A DNA stretch of 56,140 nucleotides from Macrostomum lignano (lineage: Eukaryota). Positions 39,301 to 48,674 of the stretch are shown here, piece after piece (positions within the stretch are counted from its first letter, which is position 1; every line of letters starts with the position of its first letter). A model generated the notes under the pieces. The model ran no database searches. It saw only the letters and a list, made by a program, of their open reading frames with translations, and was not told the origin of the DNA. Both the position numbers and the translations under genes were made by a program. The stretch spans positions 1 through 56,140 of the forward strand of contig NIVC01002031.1 of the NCBI GenBank assembly GCA_002269645.1, read 5' to 3'.

Positions 39301-39455
39301 CTCAAAAACAAAAAATCTGCCTGTCTGAGAGTGACGCTAAATGCACTCCATTTTTTCGGTGACGCAACTGACGCTACACTGATAGAGGTTGATCATGCGC
39401 ACTTAGGGGTGTACGGCGCCTCAGCTTTCGCTATTCGTCATGCATGTACACTGTG
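36400..39455 (-). mobile_element. Chapaev-like (CMC/Transib-related) DNA transposon, apparently intact
   Basis: Ends are CACAATGTACA (36400) and TGTACACTGTG (39445-39455), a 10/11 inverted match. CCTT flanks both ends (36396-36399 and 39456-39459), a 4-bp TSD. The element carries one uninterrupted transposase ORF. Confidence 0.75.
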
Positions 39456-39620
39456 CCTTGGGGCTTGGGGGTACGCACTCATGGGTGTGTATTTTGCCTT
39501 TAATTTAAAAAATCAATGGTCCTTGGATAAAAATCAAGACTTGTTTAGACCTTTCGCCATGCAATTAATGCTAATTAAATAATTTACTGATTGTGGAGCT
39601 TCACATCGGCAGATTTTTTA
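36454..39620. repeat. 116-bp inverted repeat pair, 36454-36569 and 39505-39620 (3 mismatches)
   Basis: Direct comparison of TAAAAAATCTGCCGATG...GGACCATTGAT with its reverse complement. Confidence 0.92.
37114..39222 (-). CDS. DDE transposase (~702 aa) with an N-terminal Chapa/RAG1-like zinc finger
   Basis: H-x7-C-x2-C...P-x3-C-x2-C (SHEENRLKVCLVC...LPAALCARC). Catalytic-core motifs GIDGGRG, SVDMKL, CPWCE, PMELHLLLG, FNGNECDRLL, ITPKAHALIDHV, WSEQAMESAH. No stops or frameshifts. Confidence 0.88.
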   Translation of the reverse strand: MPNYSKSHEENRLKVCLVCFKRGSGMQRIGKAALPRIQRYFYANYDLKNEFLPAALCARCQGLLLDIERGNRTSEALPAPFDFSKVVPTKETRGHPKCSCCLCEIARESPIGKGLGTWKPEPHRLGRPKTDSPNKEVPPARPITICQRCHSTIGRGLSHACTQSRWLNNICSELSRDPRGSEIHVSDVLKAKLTDAGGDSPIRLATRGRPITLSVSAQSSRCSAGAFGDIAVPASEIARMQDAIGLSGRQTRQAAQFFREWKGRSSIEPNLLHRLAELNSELDPFYATESVQVRCSTGEFETRTVVFCSNVSALVGYVLARRRMDPDPGSFLLKIGIDGGRGFFKVCMTLVRSGEQSSVLLGGVTEAGSSPFAEGGVKKLIIIAAVEKVPEYYENVRTVLNLLNLEDVSFCSSVDMKLANVLLGLQSASSAHPCPWCETPRKEFANPHRSVRLRTFGSIRSQAAQYQRIEGQRSSKPSGEPFYNCIRQPLLNWPDSSNTLEAVPPMELHLLLGLVNRLYDELEQRLTALGPDGVRAAQWAEALHVRRSPYHGSQFNGNECDRLLGGVDSLRQILADHAAFSGVPVAHAFSCLRAVQQKCFGQQLLEGYDTAVKEFEAAYHALAINITPKAHALIDHVPQFLEAMAVQYGCRRGLGFWSEQAMESAHRDFSDMWSQRFKVDATHPEYARRLLRCITVYSSRHL

Positions 39621-39836
39621 AAAACTCTAGAAAAATACTTACCAGGTAATGGTAAACACAATAAAGCAGGTCGCTTTGTACTAGATTTTTTTAACCCTTA
39701 CACGCAGCTCCTGCGCGCTGTTAACAGAAATAGAATTGATAGAATTACTATATAAAACGGTGAAACATGACGTGTGTTTTGCTCGACAAGAAGCAAAATT
39801 ATCACGACTAATACCTCAATTCAATAACTCTCCCCA

Positions 39837-42800
39837 ATGATTTTACAGCTACTCTTGTTGCTAACTGGCGCAAGCGTCGTCAATAGCAACGGCTACATGA
39901 CGCTGCGGTTTCTGTCCTACATCAACCATGACAGCCGGTGTCAGGACGGGACATACTGCGATCCCTTCGGCCTCACGTACGTCGGAGACAAGTGCGACCC
40001 GCAACTTAGACTGATGGCCGACCGATCTGTGCCTGGAGGGTAAGTTTACTGAGCAGTTTTAAAGTAGCAGCTCATTTCAACCATATTATTTAAACAAACA
40101 AACAAAAAATCACCCACTGATTTCGTACAGAAACGGCCTGTTCGACTATCAGCAGCTGGGTGTCTACTGGGACACGGAGACCATCAATTTCGGAAGCCGA
40201 TTCGGAGAAATCAGCAATCCTGTGATCATCGCGATGAACTTTCAAAACCACGTAAGATACGCTCACAAGTTTTGTTGGAAAGTCGGCAAAAAGGACATTA
40301 TTCTAGATAAATATTGAGTTAGCAGATGGGCAGATGTGCAACCGATAGCTCAGCCGCAGCTCAAGGCTGCGTACGGCTGTTCATTCCAAGGAATGGGGGT
40401 CGCTGGCACCCATTTTACAGTTGGGTGAACTGAAGCAATGCAGAGTTAAGTGTCTTGCTCAAGGACACAAATTGTTCCAGTGGGCTTTGACCTTGACCTT
40501 TAAATTGACCTTTAAGTCGACAGTCCGACGCTCTAAACTCTAGGCTACACCCCCTCTCTGCTACACCCCCTCTCTGCTAGGCTACACCCCCTCTCTGCTA
40601 GGCTACACCCCCTCTCTGCTAGGCTACACCACCTCTCTGCTAGGCTACACCCCTCTCTGCTAGGCTACACCACCTCTCTGCTAGGCTACACCCCCTCTCT
40701 GCTAGGCTACACCCCCTCTCTCTGCTAGGCTACACCCCCTCTCTACTAGGTTACACCCCCCTCTCTACTAGGTTACACCCCCCTCTCTGCTAGGCTACAA
40801 CCCCTCTCTGCTAGGTTACACCACCTCTCTGCTAGGCTACAACCCCAATAAAAAAACGAGCAGAAACTAAAGCTACGAGCGTAAAACAAAAAATAAAACA
40901 GAAGCTAAAAAGAGCTGATTCCCAGCCTCATTCGGGTCTCATCACAGTCCTTAGTCACGTCGAGGCAGACGCGTATTTAATAAAGCAAATCCCCCAATCC
41001 ACACCAAATATTATCCAGGGGCATATTTACGTCACAGTATTGGCGGTAGACAAGGATCCCACTCCCCCGGACGATCCAATGGACACATTCTCAGCGGCGC
41101 TGGTGGCTCGAGCCGACAAAGTCAAGAGAAGAGTCGAAATGCTCAGTCAGCCAACAAACCACAAACTGTCCACTGAGTACTGGTACAGCTGCCATGCAAA
41201 CTACTACGGACTTGACTGCAACACGTTCTGCCAACCTCAGAATGACAACGTCAGGGGCCACTACAGCTGCAGCTCGGAGGGAGCTATGATGTGCTTCACA
41301 GGTACACAGCAATCATTTTATATAATTTCCAATAGTTTTTTATATTAATGTGAACTAAAAAGACAATTCGTCATCGAAAAATAAAATAAATGAACTGCAG
41401 GTTGGACGGGAGTCGACTGTACTCAGCCGGACCCCTGCATCCCGAGTCCGTGTCTCAACGGAGCCACCTGCTCCAATGTCGGAGGAGTCGCCAGCTGCAC
41501 CTGTCCGTCGGGCTTCACTGGTAGCCGATGCGACACCGATATCGACGAGTGCAAGGCCGTCGACTCGCCCTGTCTGAACAACGCTACATGTGAGAACACG
41601 ATTGGCAGTTTCCACTGCAAGTGCTCACTCGGCTTCACTGGCGAACGCTGTGAGACCGATGTGAACGAGTGCGACAGCGAGACGTCAGTGTGTCTCAACC
41701 ATGGTACCTGTGAAAATACGTTCGGCGGCTTCAACTGCAGCTGTCCGCCGGGTCTGACTGGGCACCGGTGCGAGCTCGATGTGGACGAGTGTGCAAACGG
41801 GACATCAACTTGTGCGAACGGTGGTACCTGCGTGAATGTGTTTGGTAATTACACCTGCCAGTGCGACTCCGGATTCACTGGACCACTTTGCGAAGAAGAC
41901 GTCGACGAGTGCGCAGAGTCGCCATGCGTGAACGGAGGAACATGCGAGAATCGATTCGGAAGCTTCAAGTGCATCTGTCCTTCTGGATTTGCTGGAAGAG
42001 TGTGTGACAAAGACGAGGACGAGTGCCTGAGGAGTCCTTGCTCGAATGGCGGTAGCTGTGTGAACACCTTCGGAAACTTTACTTGTTTGTGTTCGGCAGG
42101 TTTTACTGGCAGTTTGTGCGATGAAGATATCGACGAATGCCTAATGGCACCTTGCTTCAATGAGAGCACCTGCGTAAACACTATCGGGAACTTCACCTGT
42201 CAGTGTCCTCCGGGGTTCGAAGGCAGACTCTGCGATGAAGACGTCGACGAATGCTCGGAGTCTCCGCCAAAGTGCCGCAACGGCGGAAACTGCACGAACA
42301 CGCTTGGGAGCTTCCGTTGTACCTGCCCGACTGGACTGACCGGACCTCACTGCGAGCAGGACATCGACGAGTGCAAGCTGGCCGCCCCGACGTGTCGAAA
42401 CAACGGAAGCTGTCAGAACAGCTTTGGCGGATTTTCCTACCGTTGCGGACCAGAGTTTAGAGGCAGACGCTGTGAGATTCGCGCTGAGGCCTCGGTTGGG
42501 TCAACGACTGAGGAGCCCTCGAAACTTCTCGTTTATATTCTAATTGGAGTTGGAGTACTCCTAATTGGCGCTATTTCTGTTGCTGTTGGCATTGCTGTCT
42601 ACAGAATTAGAAGAAGGTAAAAACAATTTCAATCACTTATGAAAATAAATTTCATCACAAATCGTGCTGATGGGATTGCATTTACTAAATCACCCGCAGC
42701 GGCAGAAGCAATATCTCTGGAGCTGAGAACAATGAGACCGTATCTGACTGCGCTGCTATCGAACAGGGGTAAGGAAAATATTTCTGCAACTTTCTTCTTT

Positions 42801-42914
42801 CGGGAATCCGAATGTTGACTGAGATAGATTTTTTTAAAATTATTCTATTCTACTTTCAGGCTGAGTAACCCTGCCTACATGAGCACTGCAGAGATCGGCT
42901 TGCAAGAAAACTAA
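39837..42914 (+). CDS. DSL-family paralog C: signal peptide, C2, DSL, 9 EGF, TM, lysine-free tail with NPAY
   Basis: Exons 39837-40039, 40131-40251, 41019-41301, 41401-42616, 42700-42768, 42860-42914, all in phase. DSL: [46 protein letters not shown]: LLVYILIGVGVLLIGAISVAVGIAVY. Confidence 0.88.
40330..40546 (-). mobile_element. Internally deleted CORE-type SINE (copy 2) in intron 2 of paralog C
   Basis: Shares GGCTGCGTACGGCTGTT, GGCACCCATTTTACA and GGACACAAATTGTTCC with copy 1. Confidence 0.7.
40540..40845. repeat. ~21-bp TAGGCTACACCCCCTCTCTGC minisatellite
   Basis: Directly visible. It starts at the 5' end of the SINE. Confidence 0.9.
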
Positions 42915-43436
42915 CAAAATTCTTGCCAATTGCGTGTCTAGGTGTAACCTGCCTGTTACCTTGCATGTTGCTAATGCTGAAGAAGACGTTGATATGAAGA
43001 CGTAGCCATGTAGCATGTAAATTTCTGCATCCAGAGGCCATTCCTAAATGGCAGATGCGTTCAAACTTTTCTATATACTGAACTTTTGATCATACTAGAA
43101 TATTCGGAGCTACATGGCTACATTAAAACTTACGCAGCTTTTTAAGTATGTACACCTGTAAATTTAATATTTTTAATGTTTTAATGTTTTAATCGCATCG
43201 TTTTAAACATTTCCCAAAGTTTTCAATCTTTATTCTGTCTGTAAAGCTTTAACACGAACGAGTTTTAAAGGCGAAAGGAAGTATAAGTTCGCTGTCATCT
43301 TGCCCTCTTGGTTCACTAATCCTTGCAACTACGGGTGGAATTCCAACTGCAGCAGGGGCTTTAGCACCAGGTGGCGAGGGGCCTCATACAGTTGTTGCCA
43401 GCCAGTTAGAGGAGCCATGGTTCCCTTTGCCTGATT

Positions 43437-43480
43437 GACTGACTGACTGACTGACTGACTGACTGACTGACTGACTGACT
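43437..43480. repeat. (TGAC)n microsatellite
   Basis: Directly visible. Confidence 0.9.
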
Positions 43481-44456
43481 TGTTGATTAAATTCATCGAA
43501 GCTCAATACCATTTTAGTCTTTAATTAAACAGAAAAATAACCGAACTCATTTTGAAATAAAGCACTTGGAACCAAAATGAGAAGAAATAATAAGATGGGA
43601 TAGCTAAGTTATGAATTAGTGACTTTTTTAATTTTAGCTCGTAATATTTTTGGTGATTATTTTCTGTTGAAATTAAATTAAAATCTAAAGTCCTTAAAGA
43701 GCATATGATTTCGGAGGAAAGAATACAGAAAGAAAAAATCAGAAAAACAAAGTGGAGAGAAAGTTATAAAAGGCAGCTTTCCGCAAATTTCAAAAGAAAT
43801 TCCGCAAGCTACTTTAAAAAAACATCGCACCTGCATCTTTAACAATTTGTACATAGTATAATTGCGTACATTACAGTAGCTATTTGATAAAAATAGGATA
43901 ACTGTTAATGATCCAGTATAGCAACTCGTACTAAAAATGAGTTCGTCTGTTTATTTAAGTACTAAAACTCATATTCACGCGGCAATGAAAGCTTATGCAG
44001 GAATACAGAATTTCTCACTTCGTCAAATACTTGTCAAGCATGACATTAAAATAGCGAAAGAGTAAATCCTAATAACCGATTTTACTCACCTGGGCCACAT
44101 TATACAAAACAGCTATTTTTTGAAGAAACAACTTTCATTGTTTCTTAATGTTAGCCGATGCGAATATTTATTTGTTACGCTTTGCATATTATTTAAATAT
44201 CCCAGGTTTCTATTCAGAAGAGAGTTATTGTTTATCCCAAGCTGCATTCGTAAAAATAGAATATGATGCTTCAAAAGCAAACCCTCTCTTTAATCTTTCT
44301 AGTTGGCTGTACGCATCCAAGTACTATGGACTCGCTGCAGTCCTCGGCAGACTTTCTGTTTACTAATTTGATATAAATATTTTCTTGAAATTCTACAAAA
44401 GCTTTTGTGCCCCCGAGTTGCAATAACAATGAACACTTGACAGGGTTCATTTACAG

Positions 44457-44620
44457 CAGGGTTCGGCAAAATTTGCCTCGCGGGCCCCATGCGACCCGCC
44501 AAGCCTCTCTATCCGGCCCGGGTCCTTTGAAAGGTTTGTGTCTCTTCTCAGCTCTCTTCTCTGTAATCTTGTCTCTCCTCTTTGGCCCGCAGCCATTATG
44601 GTAAGAAGTTTGCCCACCCC
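44457..44620. mobile_element. Short hAT-like MITE
   Basis: The left end CAGGGTTCGGCAAA and the degenerate right end TTTGCCCACCCC resemble hAT termini. The interior has GGCCCG motifs. The right terminus is incomplete and no TSD was confirmed. Confidence 0.5.
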
Positions 44621-44838
44621 AAATTATACAGCCTGAGGACAATAGATGTTTTATATTTAGAAATGTTGCGCAATGTGCAATGTGTCTGACGTACTTAGTT
44701 CCTTATTAATGTCTCACATCTATGGGTATTGCCGTGGATAATCCGTGGAATTTCCTTTCAAAGCAGCGCCAAATGCATATAAAATTTGAATACATAAAAA
44801 GGCATTTTAGGCGGCTGCTCAATTCGAAAAACCTCACC

Positions 44839-46568
44839 ATGACTTCTAAATTGTCTTTCGGAATTTGCAGTTGTCTGTTGGGATTGACTCATTTCCTATC
44901 GGTAAGGTTCTTGAGAACTATGACGTTGCGTCTAGCTCACTTGAATTCTATAATTTCTCACTACACGTTCAACAGGCAGTTCAGGGAGCTGGCTACCTGC
45001 AGATCAGGTTCAACCGGTACACCAATCACGAAGGCCGTGTCGAGGACGGCAGTCTCTGCGACCCGTTCGGTGCCACCTATGTTGGCGATAATTGCGACCC
45101 CGTGTTCCGGCTGAGGGTCAACAAGGGGGGAGAAGGAGGGTTAGTGAGGGTTTCAATCTGCAGTCCATATTTCTTACAGCTGAGATAAGTTTTGCATGGC
45201 CTCATCTCTCTGCAGCGGTAATCTGCACGACTATCAGCAACCGGGCGTCTATGACAACCAAAATACCATCGACTTTGGATCAAAGTTCGGCAGCGTCCCG
45301 AATCCTGTGCCGATCGCGATGAACTTCCCTAATCCAGTAAGGCTGTACTCACGAACCGCTCTCAGAGCCCTTGAGTGATTCTTCATTCTGCAGCACAATA
45401 TTCTAATAAACTGTTTGCTACCAAATTTCGCAAACCGCTTTAGGGACACGCGTACGTCAAAGTCGATGTAGTGGACAAAGACACGTTTCCACCAGACGAC
45501 CCGATGAGCAAATTCACCGCCTCGCTGCCTCTCATTGCCGACAATGTCAGGAGAGACATGGAGCTGACCAGTCCGGCTCGACATCACCGACTATCCATGA
45601 CTCACTGGTTCACCTGCTACACGAATTTCTACGGACAGGATTGCAACACCTATTGTGTAGCTCAGAACGACGATGTGAATGGTCATTATACCTGCGACTC
45701 GAATGGCAGAAGAGTGTGCATGATTGGTAAGAGCGTCTGGTGATGGCTTGTTCTATTACAGCAAGCAGTAATTCAGAACGGAGTTCTTTACGTCTGTGTT
45801 GCAGGATTTACTGGCACTCTGTGCAATGAAGATATCGACGAGTGCCTGATGTCGTCACCTTGCTCCAATGAGAGCACTTGTGTGAACACTATCGGAAACT
45901 TCAAGTGCATGTGTCCTCCGGGGTTCGAAGGCAGACTCTGCGATGAAGATATCAACGAGTGCTCGGAGTCTCCACCAAAGTGTCGCAACGGCGGAAACTG
46001 TACGAACACGGTTGGGAGCTTCCGTTGTACCTGCCCGACTGGACTGACGGGACGTCACTGCGAGCAGGACATCGACGAGTGCAAGCTGGCCGCCCCGCCG
46101 TGTCGAAACAACGGAAGCTGTCAGAACAGCTTTGGCGGATTTTCCTGCCGTTGCGGACCAGCGTTTAGAGGCAGACGCTGTGAGATTCGCGCTGAGGCCT
46201 CGGTTGGGTCTCCGACTGAGGCTCTCTGGAAACTGCCAGTAATCATCGTCTCAGCAGTCTTGGGGACAGCGATTATCGCTGTCATAATTGCGCTTGTTGT
46301 CTATCAAAGAAGGAATAGGTAAGTGCATATTGATAGAGGAAGCTGACTACAGAAGTGCTAGTAAATACGGTGTTTGCTATAGATTGAATTTATTGATTAA
46401 ATGGCTGCAAAACATATTTTCAGTAGCAGAGGCACTGCTGGCTACGAGGATAATGAGAGCAGGTAAGAATGTGTCAGTTGTTGCATTCCGGAGTCTATAA
46501 GTTTGACCATTGCTCTTCTATAAATGAATTTCAATTCCAGATTCGATAACGAAGCATACGCAGCATAA
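44839..46568 (+). CDS. DSL-family paralog D: signal peptide, C2, DSL, only 3 EGF, TM, lysine-free tail with FDNEAY
   Basis: Exons 44839-44901, 44976-45139, 45216-45336, 45444-45726, 45805-46318, 46424-46462, 46541-46568, all in phase. The 5' half is nearly identical to paralog A. Confidence 0.86.
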
Positions 46569-47332
46569 CTGCTCTGAGTTGAACGCTTAACAGGACTGCT
46601 ATGTAACCTGTGGATTAAACGTTTGTACAAGGATTTTCGTGCTTGACATACATAATTAAAATTAAATCCTCTTAGGTAATGAAGTCAATGACTAGGAAAT
46701 GTCCCTTGCCAATGTCCTCCGGAGTTCGAAGATATTTATTCATCAGATATATACCAGTAAATTTCATAAATTTCGGTGGAGGCATTTGCACTTGCATGCT
46801 ACGCCATGTACATATGCTTGCTCCGAATCTTCTATGTAGATGCACCATGTAACAACATCATCATTTAAATCTAGCGTACTGTACACGAGTATTAAGCATT
46901 GTTGCATTGTCCTGCAAAAATTTGCCATTTTCTGTTGTTTGGAGTGAAACGATTTGGTCGCTTGTAAAGACAAATTTTACTTAAAAAAACAACTTAAAAA
47001 TAAAGCAAATTTTAAATACGTTTTGCTGATATATTAAAAGTGCCACACTGCTTTCTTGTCGCTCGTACCAGATTTTTAACAGAGGTGCTTTAAATAATTC
47101 ACTAGACTAGAGCATCAAAATTTTGAAACATTTTTTTAAACTTTTACTTAAATCTAATAATTAAGGTTTTATATATGTATAGCATTTTCAATTCAGTTGA
47201 ATATTTCATCGTGCGCGAATGTCTAGCTCTATTTAACTATTATACATATCCACATTTCAATGTTGCATTTGTTACACCGTCTCCTAATCCATATTACTCG
47301 TAAATATAATGCGGAGGTTATATTCGGTTAGG

Positions 47333-47660
47333 GTCACTGAATCAATCCCAAGGTCACTGATAGTTCAGTCACTGAATGAATTCCAAGATCAGTGATAGTT
47401 CAGTCACTGAATGAGTAATAAGGTCACTGATGTTAGTTCAGTCACTGAATGAATCTCAAGGTCACTGATAGCTCAGTCACTGAATGAATCTCAAGGTCAC
47501 TGATAGCTCAGTCACTGAATGAATCTCAAGGTCACTGATAGTTCAGTCACTGAATGAATCCCAAGGTCACTGATGTTAGTTCAGTCACTGAATGAATCCC
47601 AAGGTCACTGATAGCTCAGTCACATGAGTCTCAAGGTCACTGATAGCTCAGTCACATGAC
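47333..47660. repeat. ~35-bp AAGGTCACTGATAGTTCAGTCACTGAATGAATCTC minisatellite
   Basis: Directly visible. Confidence 0.88.
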
Positions 47661-47689
47661 GCACATGATGCACTACCCACTATTTCACA

Positions 47690-47983
47690 TGATGACTCAG
47701 TATGGGTTCTGGCTAAGTTCACGGCTGAAAGGTCGGGGGTTCGATTCTCGACCCACACGGAACAATTTGTGTCCTTGAGAAAGACACTTAACTCTGCATT
47801 GCTTCAGTTCACACAGCCGTAAAATTGGTGCCACCATTGGCTGGGGTAATTGAGGGTAGATATCGTATGTAAGTGGCGCCCCCCCCAGTCTTTGGAATGA
47901 ACAGCCGTACGCAGCCTTCAGATGCGCTGCGCAATAGCTGCGGCTGAGATGTCGGTTGCACATCTGCCTATTCGGGCGGGTGT
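47690..47983 (+). mobile_element. tRNA-derived CORE-type SINE (copy 3)
   Basis: B-box GGTTCGATTCT, then TGTGTCCTTGAGAAAGACACTTAACTC...TTGCTTCAGT...GTAAAATTGG (MIR/CORE-like). It is the reverse complement of copy 1. Confidence 0.75.
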
Positions 47984-48674
47984 CATCAATTACTAATTAT
48001 TATTATGCATTTGGGTCCGTAGTCATAGTTTTTTAATTGTGTATTAACTCTATTTTCTAGATATAAAATAATTATCAGGATGCAATAAGTACATAGCGTA
48101 AAGTACATAGATTTGCATTATTTGCATCACAAATTTACTTACCTAGCTAATTTTAATTAGCAGCAGACGACTCAGTAAACAACTAAATATATCCGTTGGA
48201 TTTAAATTATAAACCAGGCTTTAATTTATTTTCTCACAAGTCCGAAATAAGGAAACTGATCTGTATGAAATAAATTGTATCAAAAAAGATTTCTTATCAA
48301 TACTCGTAAATGTCGTCAAGATACTACAATGTACTAGGATAAAGGTGGTCTGACGCATCCATTGCATCCATGATCAACGTTGTGATTACCTTGTACATTA
48401 GAAATTTGGGAAGTTATTAATTTATCATTGTTCGATTAGCTATACAGAAAAATAAAGCAGATTTTTAATACTAGAATATTTAGATGGATAAGTGTACCAA
48501 TTTATAGCAAAATACGTTTTCACATGATATACAAAGTGGGTTGCATTTACAGGGATGCTTATTAATACTGGAATAAGTTGAGAATATGCCAGCAGAGTCT
48601 CGAGTTCAGAAAAAAGTCGCAATTGGTCAAAAACCTGAGATCAGGTGTAGCCTTCTCTGAGGCAGCTGGCGACA

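Noticed and set aside
36400-39455. A RAG1/RAG2-like (ProtoRAG) recombinase system
   Set aside because: There is no RAG2-like ORF, no RING domain, and no ACAAAAACC-like nonamer at 12 or 23 nt from either heptamer-like end.
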